DNA of 64,000 nt, taken from NCBI GenBank assembly GCA_965215505.1, contig OZ244065.1, positions 5,600,001-5,664,000 of the forward strand, given 5' to 3'. Of this stretch, positions 18,804 to 27,866 are shown one piece after another. Position 1 is the stretch's first letter; each line of letters starts with the position of its first letter. A program made the translations under genes and the position numbers. Below the pieces are notes generated by a model, which made no database searches, was not told the DNA's origin, and worked only from the letters and a program-made list of their open reading frames with translations. Origin of the DNA: Capsulimonadaceae bacterium. GTDB lineage: Bacteria; Armatimonadota; Armatimonadia; Armatimonadales; Capsulimonadaceae.

Positions 18804-19391
18804 TCAGTGTCTTGGTCTGAGGCCGTTCAAAGTGAGTGACCAGACCTCTTTAAAGTCCGCGTCAATGTCGGGATGTGCCCACTCCGACGCGTGTGCGGGG
18901 TGGTGGAACCGGGCGGTCGCGCCCAGCACGGCGCGGCCCGTCGCCGCCGGGTCCTCGGCCTCAAACTCGCCGCGCGCCACGCCCTCCCGGATGATGCGCG
19001 CGACTTGGGCGGTAAGGTGGTCCATATGCTCCGCGACGACCTCCCGCGCCTCAGCCCCCAACTCGACATAGGTGGCGAACAGCTCGGGGTCATCAGCGAG
19101 CAGGCGGCGCTTGATCGTAATGAGTTCGCGCAGCCAGCGGTAAAGCCGCTCGGCGGACGTGGCCTCTTCGGCAATTACGGCTTCGAGAGGATCGTGAATC
19201 CGCGCCAGCCAGATTCGTGTGACGGCATCGCGCAGCTCGGCCTTGCTGGCGAAGTGCCGGTAGACACTGCCATGGCTGACCCCGAGGGCGCGCGCCACAT
19301 CAACGACGGTTGCCTTGCTCGGCCCAAAGCGCCGCAGAACATCCTCCGCCGCCTCTATTATCCGTTCGCGCGTCAGTGCCGTTTCGCTCAT
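18804..19391 (-). CDS. TetR family transcriptional regulator
   Basis: TVVDVARALGVSHGSVYRHF HTH; ATG at 19391. Confidence 0.93.
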   Translation of the reverse strand: MSETALTRERIIEAAEDVLRRFGPSKATVVDVARALGVSHGSVYRHFASKAELRDAVTRIWLARIHDPLEAVIAEEATSAERLYRWLRELITIKRRLLADDPELFATYVELGAEAREVVAEHMDHLTAQVARIIREGVARGEFEAEDPAATGRAVLGATARFHHPAHASEWAHPDIDADFKEVWSLTLNGLRPRH

Positions 19392-19397
19392 GGCGTG

Positions 19398-19435
19398 ATT
19401 GTACCCTGACAAATGACAAAATACAACATATGTCA
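19398..19435 (-). promoter_or_regulatory. tetR promoter with candidate operator
   Basis: Minus strand TTGTAT (19421-19426), 17 nt, TACAAT (19398-19403); TGACA-N12-TGTCA inverted repeat at 19414-19435. Confidence 0.6.
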
Positions 19436-19501
19436 GATGATTTTCGCCGTCACTGGCGGCCCTGTAGGAGTATCTGCCGATGGGGCGGGGTATAAGGGGG
19501 C

Positions 19502-20701
19502 ATGGAAAAATGGACCCGCCTCCTCGTCATCATCGCGACCGTGCTGCTGCTCATCACGTTTTTGGGCGTCGGCATCCACATCGCGACTTATATCCACCAC
19601 ACGCTGCTCCTGTTCGCGCTGGGTGGACTGGTGGCCTATGCTCTCAGTCCCCTGGTGGAACGACTGAGCCGGACGCGGCTTTCACGGCCCCTGAGCGTCG
19701 CCGCCGTCTTCCTCGGCCTGTTCGTGATCTTCGGCCTGGGGGCATGGTTCCTGGAAGGCAAGCTGTCCAGCCAAGTCCAGGACATCCAGCAGAACTTCCC
19801 GCAGTACAAGCAGGCCGCCCTGGACCGGGCCGCCGACCTGGACCAGAAGCTGGCGGCGCGGCACGTCAAGTTCAGCCTGACCGACACGATTCAGCACCCG
19901 CCCGCCAACGTCGCCGCCTTCGGCGAGCGCGCTGGGAAGGAGGCTCTGCCGATCCTGCGCCGCTCGTTCACCGACGCCGCCGAGGCCGTCATCGTGCTGC
20001 TGATCGCCCTGTACTTCCTGATCTTTGCCCCAGACATGCGCGAGAAGTTTAACGGGATGCTGCCCGCCGACCTGGGCCGCCGGGCGGACCTGTGGGAAAC
20101 CGACGTCAGCCGCATTCTCGGCGGGTTCGTCAGCGGCCAGCTCATCATCGCGCTCATCATGGGGGCGGCGGCGGCCTTGGGCTGCCTCGCCATCGGTATC
20201 GGCCCGTGGCTGGTCATCGGGTTGTTCGTGGTGGTCGCATCGCTCATCCCCGTCTTCGGGCCGTACATCGGGGCGATCCCCGCCGTCCTAGTCGCCCTCA
20301 TCACTCCGACCCACATCCACAGCCCGGTCGGGGCGGCCATCGCCGTGGTGGTCCTGTTCGTGGTCATCAACGAGGTGGGCGGTAAGGTCCTGTATCCCAA
20401 GCTCGTCGGCAGCGCCCTCGGCCTGCACGAAGTCCTGGTCCTGTTCGTCCTGTTCGCGGGCCTGGAGATCAACGGCATCGTCGGAACGCTTTTCGCCGCC
20501 CCCATCGCGGCCCTGGCGATCGTGACCGTGGTTCACCTGTACCGGCTGTGGATGGACATGCCGGACGGCCTGATCTCCAATGCCAACCGCCGCGAGTCAA
20601 GGCAGAACGGTCAGATCGCACCGGCCCCGGCATCAGCGGAACCGGAAACGCAGGCGGACGACCGGAAGGCACGGGTGCCGCGCGAGTCGCAGGTTTCTTG
20701 A
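19502..20701 (+). CDS. AI-2E family transporter
   Basis: AYALSPLV, GFVSGQLII, LIPVFGPYIG, LYPKLVG..LGLH, GTLFAAP. Confidence 0.9.
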   Translation: MEKWTRLLVIIATVLLLITFLGVGIHIATYIHHTLLLFALGGLVAYALSPLVERLSRTRLSRPLSVAAVFLGLFVIFGLGAWFLEGKLSSQVQDIQQNFPQYKQAALDRAADLDQKLAARHVKFSLTDTIQHPPANVAAFGERAGKEALPILRRSFTDAAEAVIVLLIALYFLIFAPDMREKFNGMLPADLGRRADLWETDVSRILGGFVSGQLIIALIMGAAAALGCLAIGIGPWLVIGLFVVVASLIPVFGPYIGAIPAVLVALITPTHIHSPVGAAIAVVVLFVVINEVGGKVLYPKLVGSALGLHEVLVLFVLFAGLEINGIVGTLFAAPIAALAIVTVVHLYRLWMDMPDGLISNANRRESRQNGQIAPAPASAEPETQADDRKARVPRESQVS

Positions 20702-20720
20702 CAGAGTCCTTGAGTCGCGC

Positions 20721-20750
20721 TTGACACCGCGCACGCCGACCGGGTACACT
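20721..20750 (+). promoter_or_regulatory. Sigma70-type promoter of rpsO
   Basis: TTGACA (20721-20726), 18 nt, TACACT (20745-20750). Confidence 0.65.
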
Positions 20751-20798
20751 GTGCCGAATACACCAAGGTTTAAAACGTACAAGGGGGAAAAGAGCTAA

Positions 20799-21074
20799 AT
20801 GGCTCTGCTCAAAGAACAGAAAGAAGTCGTGATCGGCGACAACAAGACGCACGACGCGGACACTGGCTCGCCCGAGGTCCAGATCGCGCTGCTGAATGCG
20901 TCCATCAAGAACCTGACCGAGCATCTGAAAATGCATCGGCACGACAACCACACCACGCGCGGCCTGCTGGTGCAGATCGGCAAGCAGCGCCGCCTGCTGA
21001 ACTATCTGGCGGCCAAAGACATCAACCGCTACCGCGCGCTCGTCGCCAAGCTCGGCATCCGCAGCAAGCACTGA
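20799..21074 (+). CDS. rpsO: 30S ribosomal protein S15
   Basis: [38 protein letters not shown]. Confidence 0.98.
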   Translation: MALLKEQKEVVIGDNKTHDADTGSPEVQIALLNASIKNLTEHLKMHRHDNHTTRGLLVQIGKQRRLLNYLAAKDINRYRALVAKLGIRSKH

Positions 21075-21111
21075 AACCCGGTCCCGCTCGGCCACGACGC
21101 CCGGCGCGGCC

Positions 21112-21166
21112 CCAAAAGCAAATGCCTCCTGGCGACTTAAACCGCGCAGGGGGCGTTTTGTTTTGG
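21112..21166 (+). promoter_or_regulatory. Long rpsO-pnp intergenic hairpin (terminator and/or RNase III site)
   Basis: 21112-21131 pairs with 21147-21166, 18 of 20 positions including G-U. Confidence 0.6.
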
Positions 21167-21222
21167 ACGGCGCAACATAGATTTCAACGGCGTAACGTAA
21201 ATGGAGAGATGAAAACAGACAC

Positions 21223-23646
21223 ATGGAACAATTTGTAGAGGCCGAATGGTGCGGTGCGACGCTTCGCATCAGCACCGGCAAACTCGCCCAGCAGGCCAAC
21301 GGCTCCGTCCTGCTCTCGAACGGCGACACGATGATCCTGGCGACCGCCACGATGTCCAAGGAGCCGAAGTCCCACCTCGATTTCTTCCCCCTCACCTGCG
21401 ACTATGAGGAGAGGAAGTACGCCAACGGCAAGATCCCCGGCGGCTTCATCAAGCGCGGCGGGCGTCCCGGCGAGAAGGCCACCCTCACCTGCCGCCTGAT
21501 CGACCGGCCCCTGCGCCCGCTGTTCCCCTACGGAATGCGGAACGAGACGCAGATCATCGCGATGCCGCTCTCGTACCAGCCCGAGTTCTCCCCCGACGTG
21601 CTTTCCGTCACCGCCGCCTCGGCCGCCCTGATGGTCTCCGACATCCCCTTCAACGGTCCCATCGGCTGCGTCCGCGTCGGCCTGGACGCTGAGGGCGCGT
21701 TCATCCTCAACCCGTCCTTCCCCGAGCAGCAGGAAAGCCCGCTCGACCTGATCGTCGCCGCCAGCGATGACGCCATCGCGATGGTCGAGGCCGGCGCGTC
21801 CGAGGTCAGCGAGGAGAAGATGCTCGAAGCCATGGACTTCGCGCACGAGGCCTGCCGGAAGCTCTGCGCCATGCAGCGCGAGCTGGCCGCCAAAGTGGGC
21901 AAGGCCAAGGCCGACGTTCCCCTGCACCATGTTCATGCCGAAATTCTTGGCGTCATCCAGGAGCGGTTCAACGCCACCCTGCGGGCGGGACTCCAGGACC
22001 CGGACAAGTCTTCCCGCGAGGCCGGCCTGACCCTGCTCATTAATCAGGTGGTGGAAGAGCTAAAGGGCGAGTACCCGGACAACATCGCCGACATCAAGGA
22101 GGCCGCCGATAAGGCCGTCAAGGACCAGCTCCGCGACCTCATCCTGACCGAAGGCAAGCGGCCCGACGGGCGCGGCACGACCGACATCCGCAAGATTGAC
22201 TGCGAGGTCGGCCTGCTCCCGCGCGTCCACGGCACGGGCCTGTTCACGCGCGGCCAGACCCAGGTGCTGACCACGCTCGTGCTCGGCTCGGGCGACGATG
22301 CTCAGATGGTGGATACGCTGGAAGAAGACAGCGAAAAGCACTACATGCACTTCTACAACTTCCCGCCCTACTCGGTCGGCGAAGCGCGCCCCATGCGCGG
22401 GCCGGGCCGCCGCGAGATCGGCCACGGCGCACTCGCCGAGCGCGCCCTGCGGGCGGTCATCCCCTCCCGCGAGACGTTCCCGTATACCATGCTGCTGACC
22501 TCGGAAGTGCTGGAGTCCAACGGCTCGACCTCGATGGGGTCCACCTGCGGTTCCACGCTGGCGCTCATGGACGCGGGCGTACCCATCAAAGCACCCGTCG
22601 CGGGCATCGCCATGGGCCTGATCGAAGGGCCGGAAGGCAGCGGCGAGGGTGGCACGGGCCGCAAGTACGCCGTCCTGACCGACATCCAGGGCATGGAAGA
22701 CTTCTCGGGCGACATGGACTTCAAGGTCGCCGGGACGGCCGAGGGCATCACCGCCTTGCAGCTCGACACCAAGATCGGCGGCGTCCCGCGCGCGGTCTTC
22801 GTGCAGGCCTTCCAGCAGGCGAAAGAGGCCCGGCTGTTCATCCTGGACAAGATCACGCAGGCCATCCCCGCGCCGCGCGAGAACCTGTCGCTGTACGCCC
22901 CGCGCATCTTCACGATCCAGATCGAGCCGGAGCAGATCGGCCTGGTCATCGGGCCGGGCGGCAAGACCATCAAGAAGATCACCGCCGACACCGGCGCGAA
23001 GATCGACATCGAGCAGGACGGAACGGTCTACATCGCCTCCGTTGATGGCGCGGCCGGCGAGGCCGCCCGCAAGGCGGTCGAGGACCTGACCCGGACGGTC
23101 AAGCCCGGCGACGAGTTCGAGGGGACGGTCGTCCGCTTCCTCCAGTTCGGCGCTTTTGTCGAGCTGATGCCCGGCAAGGACGGCCTGGTCCACGTCTCCC
23201 AGCTCACCGACTCGGACGAGCGGATCGGCAAGCCCGAGGACGTGGTCAAGATGGGCGACAAGATCAAGGTCCGTGTCACTGAAGTAGATGGGCAGGGGCG
23301 CGTCAACCTGACCGCGCGCGGCCTGGACCAGCCCTTCGACCCGGCCAACCCCGAGCCGGGCCGGCCCCCCCGCCCCGGCGGCGGTGGTGATCGCGGCGGA
23401 CGCCCCGGCGGCGACCGTGGCGGGGATCGCGGTGGGCGTGGCGGCGGCTTCGGCGGTGGAGATCGCGGCGGCAACGGCGGCGGACGCGGCAACTTCAGCC
23501 CAGACCGCTCCGAGAGCGCCGTCCGCGCCGAGCCTCCCAAGCCCGAAGGCACCGGCGATGTCGCGGCGGCAGCCCCCGCCGCCGATGCGCCCCTGGCCCA
23601 GTCGGACGACGAAGCCCCCCGCGCCCGGTTCCGGCCCAAGCGGTAA
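21223..23646 (+). CDS. pnp: Polyribonucleotide nucleotidyltransferase
   Basis: DFFPLT, IPGGF.KR, FTRGQTQ, RREIGHG, ESNGS, GDMDFKVAG, KH (IGPGGK) and S1 domains. Confidence 0.98.
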   Translation: MEQFVEAEWCGATLRISTGKLAQQANGSVLLSNGDTMILATATMSKEPKSHLDFFPLTCDYEERKYANGKIPGGFIKRGGRPGEKATLTCRLIDRPLRPLFPYGMRNETQIIAMPLSYQPEFSPDVLSVTAASAALMVSDIPFNGPIGCVRVGLDAEGAFILNPSFPEQQESPLDLIVAASDDAIAMVEAGASEVSEEKMLEAMDFAHEACRKLCAMQRELAAKVGKAKADVPLHHVHAEILGVIQERFNATLRAGLQDPDKSSREAGLTLLINQVVEELKGEYPDNIADIKEAADKAVKDQLRDLILTEGKRPDGRGTTDIRKIDCEVGLLPRVHGTGLFTRGQTQVLTTLVLGSGDDAQMVDTLEEDSEKHYMHFYNFPPYSVGEARPMRGPGRREIGHGALAERALRAVIPSRETFPYTMLLTSEVLESNGSTSMGSTCGSTLALMDAGVPIKAPVAGIAMGLIEGPEGSGEGGTGRKYAVLTDIQGMEDFSGDMDFKVAGTAEGITALQLDTKIGGVPRAVFVQAFQQAKEARLFILDKITQAIPAPRENLSLYAPRIFTIQIEPEQIGLVIGPGGKTIKKITADTGAKIDIEQDGTVYIASVDGAAGEAARKAVEDLTRTVKPGDEFEGTVVRFLQFGAFVELMPGKDGLVHVSQLTDSDERIGKPEDVVKMGDKIKVRVTEVDGQGRVNLTARGLDQPFDPANPEPGRPPRPGGGGDRGGRPGGDRGGDRGGRGGGFGGGDRGGNGGGRGNFSPDRSESAVRAEPPKPEGTGDVAAAAPAADAPLAQSDDEAPRARFRPKR

Positions 23647-23657
23647 GGCACAACAGA

Positions 23658-23690
23658 AAGGCCGTGGCAGCAATGCCACGGCCTTTTTCG
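23658..23690 (+). terminator. Intrinsic terminator after pnp
   Basis: AAGGCCGTGGCA-gcaa-TGCCACGGCCTT followed by T tract. Confidence 0.85.
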
Positions 23691-23740
23691 TCCGTGGGGG
23701 CGAAGAAGGATGGGGATGGGAGAGAGGGCGAGATCAAGAA

Positions 23741-23798
23741 GGGCGGGGGAACCCCGCCCCTACGCTATGACGATGTAGGGGCGCGATTCATCGCGCCC
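23741..23798. repeat. Back-to-back pair of GTAG-type REP-like palindromes
   Basis: GGGCGGGGGAACCCCGCCCCTAC (23741-23763, minus) and GTAGGGGCGCGATTCATCGCGCCC (23775-23798, plus). Confidence 0.8.
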
Positions 23799-23864
23799 TC
23801 TTTCCCTCGTGTTCTCCTCTCTGTCCATGTCCTTTCTTCTATGCCCCTCCGAAAGAGGCAACCG

Positions 23865-24122
23865 ATGTCTTCAGCCAGTTACGCTCAGACGATGGCCGAC
23901 AAGAAGCAAATAGAGCAACAGGTAGACGCAGAGTTTGCCTTCGGTGAGTTGCTAGAGGCCAACGGGGTAGACCCAATCCTATTTATGAAGCAGTGGAAGC
24001 TGTCTCATCATCAGTTCAACACGCTCGCCCACTATCTCCACGGCGTCAACGATGAAGAGACTATTCTGCCGCCTGCGCTGAAGGCAATGCTGACGGCGAT
24101 GGAGACTCGGCGCGCGGCTTGA
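23865..24122 (+). CDS. Hypothetical protein (85 aa)
   Basis: AAAGAGG before ATG 23865; MSSASYAQTMADKKQ...; no family recognised. Confidence 0.55.
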   Translation: MSSASYAQTMADKKQIEQQVDAEFAFGELLEANGVDPILFMKQWKLSHHQFNTLAHYLHGVNDEETILPPALKAMLTAMETRRAA

Positions 24123-24219
24123 AAGCGGTAACGCGAAACAACCGAGGTGGGAGCAGGAAAGCACCGGGGGGCACAGAATTATTCTCTGCCGCCTTTTCGC
24201 TTCGCTCCGGGCGTAAAAC

Positions 24220-24750
24220 ATGCAAGTGACGTATACACAGACTTCTGAGGAGTTGCGGCGGCGTTTCCTGCCTCCTACCCGTTTTCGAGAGCGCCTGGCA
24301 ATGCTGGGAACGCCGCTCCTGTTCTTTGCCGCCGCATGTCAAGCTGGCGTTGGGAAAGCCAGCCTCTGGGTTGCCGTTGCCGCCCTGTATGGAGTAGTGG
24401 TGGCTCTGTTCTGGATAGTGACAAAGTGCCTGGCACGGAAAGACGTTTCAACTGATTATCTCGTCGAAATCAACGAACTTGACTTCTCTGTGAAGGCTGT
24501 GGATAGTCCCGAACGACGTCATCCGTGGGCGCATGTTGGAAATGTCGCTGACGAGGGTGACTACATCGTGTTCACCTCAAATCGTGGGCAGAACCTAGCT
24601 GTCGTTCCTCAGTCTGCGTTTGCTGACAGCCATGCAAAAGCATTCTTTGAACAGTCGCGCCGGTATTGGGAGACTGCAAAAGAAAAGCAACGAGACGAGG
24701 CGCAAAGGGCTGAGGGGTCTTGGCCGCCCCCGCCGCACACCGGAGCCTGA
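24220..24750 (+). CDS. YcxB-like membrane protein with C-terminal WPPPP
   Basis: Two TM segments, W..V..V.D...Y, VVPQSAF pattern, GSWPPPP tail. Confidence 0.65.
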   Translation: MQVTYTQTSEELRRRFLPPTRFRERLAMLGTPLLFFAAACQAGVGKASLWVAVAALYGVVVALFWIVTKCLARKDVSTDYLVEINELDFSVKAVDSPERRHPWAHVGNVADEGDYIVFTSNRGQNLAVVPQSAFADSHAKAFFEQSRRYWETAKEKQRDEAQRAEGSWPPPPHTGA

Positions 24751-24754
24751 ACCC

Positions 24755-25261
24755 ATGACCACACTCACCGAACAAACAGCCCCCGCCTATACCAGCCGGT
24801 CGCAGTGGAACGTGGAGCGCCCGCGCGTCCTCGTCGCCTGCTGCTCGGACGGACGTTTGCAGGAGGCCATTGACGAGTTCTTGCAGAACCACCTGCACAT
24901 CCGCGATTACGACCGCTTCTACGCGCCGGGCGGACCCGGCGCGCTGACGCCGGGCGGGTACGAGTTCCTGCGGGCGACGCAGTACCGGGACGACCTGGCG
25001 TTCCTGATCCGCGCCCACAAGGTCGAGGATTTGCTGCTGATCTTCCACGGGGCCGCGCCCGACGGCACGGCGGAGGCGACCTGCGCCCACTACCACCGCG
25101 TCCTGCCGGGGGCCAGCGCGGCGGCCGTGCGAGAGCAGCAGTTCCAGGATCTCGCCGATCTCCAGATGTACCTGAACGGCCTGCGCCTGACCGCGCGGGT
25201 ACGCGCCTACCGGGCCGAGGTGAAAGCGGACCGTCAGGTGCAGTTCGTGCCGATGCTTTGA
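24755..25261 (+). CDS. Putative beta-carbonic-anhydrase-like protein
   Basis: CSDGR, PGGPGAL and FH...C, which resemble beta-CA Zn ligands with a long H-to-C spacing. Confidence 0.55.
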   Translation: MTTLTEQTAPAYTSRSQWNVERPRVLVACCSDGRLQEAIDEFLQNHLHIRDYDRFYAPGGPGALTPGGYEFLRATQYRDDLAFLIRAHKVEDLLLIFHGAAPDGTAEATCAHYHRVLPGASAAAVREQQFQDLADLQMYLNGLRLTARVRAYRAEVKADRQVQFVPML

Positions 25262-25273
25262 CGGAAACCATTT

Positions 25274-26191
25274 ATGGACTGGCAGGAGCGGCTGAACCGG
25301 AGCCTCGGGCGGATGCCGCTGGGGCGGGGGACGGTGGAGGTGCTGCAATGGGCCTACGACCGGCACCTGGCCGACAACCGCCCGCACCGGCACACGTTCT
25401 TTGAAGTGTGCCTGGTCGGCGGGTATGGGGCAGGCGAATTCGTCGTGCAGGACCGGGCGCACCGGGTCGGGCCGGCGGACCTGTTGATCGCGCGCCCCGG
25501 CGTCATCCACCAAATCGTCAATACGGGCCGACCAAATATGGAACTGTCCTGGGTCTCGTTCCAGTGGACGCCCACACCCGCCGGAGCGCCCGGTGAGGTG
25601 GACGCCCTGCTGCGGGACTTCGCGGAAGCCTCGCTCCTGGTCGCCCCGGACGGGCAGGGGCAGGTCACCGCACTCTGGGGGGCACTGCGGGCGGTCGCCT
25701 CGGGTCCGACCGGCGCGGCTTATGAGGTCCAGTATCAGGCCTTGGCGACCGCCTTGATTCTGGGCATCGCGCAGGCCGGGGCGGGGCGGGAGCGGTTGCC
25801 GGACGCGGAGCCGTCGGGGCCGGGAGCAGGCGACCTCGCTGCGCGGCTCGCCGTCCGCTTCATCCACGACAACCTAAACCGCCCCCTGCCACTGGCCGAG
25901 ATCGCCGCACAGGCCCACCTCTCCCCCCGCCACCTGTCCCGGCTGCTGACGCGCTTCACCGGCAAGTCGCCCGCGCATTACATCACCCACGCCCGCATGG
26001 ACCGGGCGCGCGGCCTGCTCCTGCGCTCCCAGACGCCGATCAAGGAGGTCGCCGTCGCGGTCGGCTACCCGGACGTCCACCACTTCACGCGCGCCTTCGC
26101 CGCTCACTTCGGCACGCCGCCGGGGGAGATGCGCCGCCACCCCGAACAGGCTCCTGTCCCGAATATCCAAAAGCCGGGCGATTTGGTCTAA
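25274..26191 (+). CDS. AraC family transcriptional regulator with N-terminal cupin
   Basis: HRHTFFE cupin; LSPRHLSRL...VGYPDVHHFTRAF..FGTPP HTH. Confidence 0.93.
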   Translation: MDWQERLNRSLGRMPLGRGTVEVLQWAYDRHLADNRPHRHTFFEVCLVGGYGAGEFVVQDRAHRVGPADLLIARPGVIHQIVNTGRPNMELSWVSFQWTPTPAGAPGEVDALLRDFAEASLLVAPDGQGQVTALWGALRAVASGPTGAAYEVQYQALATALILGIAQAGAGRERLPDAEPSGPGAGDLAARLAVRFIHDNLNRPLPLAEIAAQAHLSPRHLSRLLTRFTGKSPAHYITHARMDRARGLLLRSQTPIKEVAVAVGYPDVHHFTRAFAAHFGTPPGEMRRHPEQAPVPNIQKPGDLV

Positions 26192-26240
26192 AGACGTTTA
26201 GGCAGTGTCAGTGCTATCATGGGGACATAAGGAGAGACCC

Positions 26241-27119
26241 ATGCTTACCGACCAGCAGAAACAGTTTTTTGCCGACAACGGCTATGTCCTCGTCCCCGGC
26301 CTGTTCACGCCCGAAGAGGCCGCTTTGTACCGCCGGGAGGCGCACGATCTGGCCCACCGCCTGAGCGCTATACGCAACATCAACTCGACCTGGGGCAGCG
26401 CCAACACGGTCACAGACAAGCCCACTCAACTCCTGCACTGCCACGATGTCCAGTTCCAGTCCGCCGCCTTCACGCGGATGCTGGTCAACGCGAAGTTCAC
26501 CGAAGCCGCCGCCGACATCATCGGGCCGAACGTCCAGCTCCACCACACCAAGATGTTCATCAAGCCGCCGGAGAAAGGCTCGCCGTTCCCGATGCACCAG
26601 GACGCGCCGTTCTTCCCGCACGAGAACCATTCCATGATTGCGGCCATCATCCACTTTGATGATGCGCCCATCGAGCGGGGCTGCGTCCGGGTCGTCCCCG
26701 GCTCGCACAAGCTGGGGATGCTGCCGCACATCGCCGCCGGTGCCTGGCACCTGTCGCCCGAGGAGTACCCCGTCTCGGAGGCCGTTCCCGCCGAGGCCAA
26801 GGCCGGGGACGTGCTGTTCTTCAGCTACCTGACCATCCACGGCTCGGGCATCAACGAGAGCGACCAGGCGCGGACGACGGTTCTGGTCCAGATGCGCGAC
26901 CCCGCCGACCCGCCCTCCTTCCGCGCCCACGAGTCCAACGGCCAGGGCATGATGCTGGCCGGCGTAGACCCCTCCTGCGCCACGCGCCCTGCCTGGGAGC
27001 GCGAACAGACCCCCGACGGTACGCTGGGCGAGGCCAACGGGAACGGCGCGAAGGCCGTGCCGATGGGCATGGGCGCGGCCATGGCCGGGTCAATGGGCGG
27101 TGGGATGGGTAAGATGTAG
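26241..27119 (+). CDS. Phytanoyl-CoA dioxygenase (PhyH) family protein
   Basis: FADNGY, KPP...HQD, PGSH, AGDVLFF...IHGS..N.S...R; RBS AAGGAG. Confidence 0.9.
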   Translation: MLTDQQKQFFADNGYVLVPGLFTPEEAALYRREAHDLAHRLSAIRNINSTWGSANTVTDKPTQLLHCHDVQFQSAAFTRMLVNAKFTEAAADIIGPNVQLHHTKMFIKPPEKGSPFPMHQDAPFFPHENHSMIAAIIHFDDAPIERGCVRVVPGSHKLGMLPHIAAGAWHLSPEEYPVSEAVPAEAKAGDVLFFSYLTIHGSGINESDQARTTVLVQMRDPADPPSFRAHESNGQGMMLAGVDPSCATRPAWEREQTPDGTLGEANGNGAKAVPMGMGAAMAGSMGGGMGKM

Positions 27120-27148
27120 GGGAAACGCAGCGTCCGGCAGGACAACAG

Positions 27149-27186
27149 ACAGGCGGCGGGGAAACATACCCCGCCGCCTGTTTTTG
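27149..27186 (+). terminator. Intrinsic terminator
   Basis: ACAGGCGGCGGGG...CCCCGCCGCCTGT then T tract. Confidence 0.85.
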
Positions 27187-27200
27187 AGGCTGAGGCACCC

Positions 27201-27818
27201 ATGACAATTTCGTACCGTATGAGCATGACCGACAACTGGCACCAGATCAGATGCATCTTCACCAAGACGATATTAGGAAAGTGTCTCCTGGTGTTCTTCC
27301 TTGTCATTCCTTTTGTGGCCCCGGTCGTTTTCTACCACGTTGCGTCTTCGCACCCTGCCCTCCCTTCACATCATGCCGCCCCTAGCCCAAGGTTTGACCA
27401 CTTGGCAGCAATCACGTCTTTAATCGTGGTATCAGCGTTCTATGCCATCATCCTTTTCGGTGGGCTAATCGGTTTGTATCTGGCAACGCTGATACTTCCA
27501 AGGACGACGATCACTGTTGAGCCTGAATTTCTCACCCTAAGCATTCTCACGACTGAAAAGCTCCGCTGGAAGCAATTCTCCGCAGTCGCGGAAGAAGCCG
27601 ACCATTTCTACTTCGTTGGGTGGAAACGAGCGTTCCTTGTCCCAAAACGCGCGTTCAACAGTTCCGCCGAGGCCGAGTCTTTCTTCGATACCGCACTCGT
27701 CTACTGGCGGAAGGCAACGGGGATCGTTCCGCCTCCCGCCCCGAATGTCTCCGGCGTCTGGCCGCCCGCGCCGCGCGCGGGGGATTCTCAGGAACTAGGC
27801 GGAACCCCGAAAGGTTAG
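27201..27818 (+). CDS. YcxB-like membrane protein with C-terminal WPPAP
   Basis: Two TM segments, W.QF..V.E, LVPKRAF, GVWPPAP. Confidence 0.7.
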   Translation: MTISYRMSMTDNWHQIRCIFTKTILGKCLLVFFLVIPFVAPVVFYHVASSHPALPSHHAAPSPRFDHLAAITSLIVVSAFYAIILFGGLIGLYLATLILPRTTITVEPEFLTLSILTTEKLRWKQFSAVAEEADHFYFVGWKRAFLVPKRAFNSSAEAESFFDTALVYWRKATGIVPPPAPNVSGVWPPAPRAGDSQELGGTPKG

Positions 27819-27866
27819 GGGGTATACTAGAGCCGACAAATTAACCACGAGGATTATTCACCCATC

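Noticed and set aside
20751-20798. S15 autoregulatory leader; CCGAATA match to the repeat sRNA
   Set aside because: The leader is short with no convincing fold by eye, and a 7-8 nt match could be chance.
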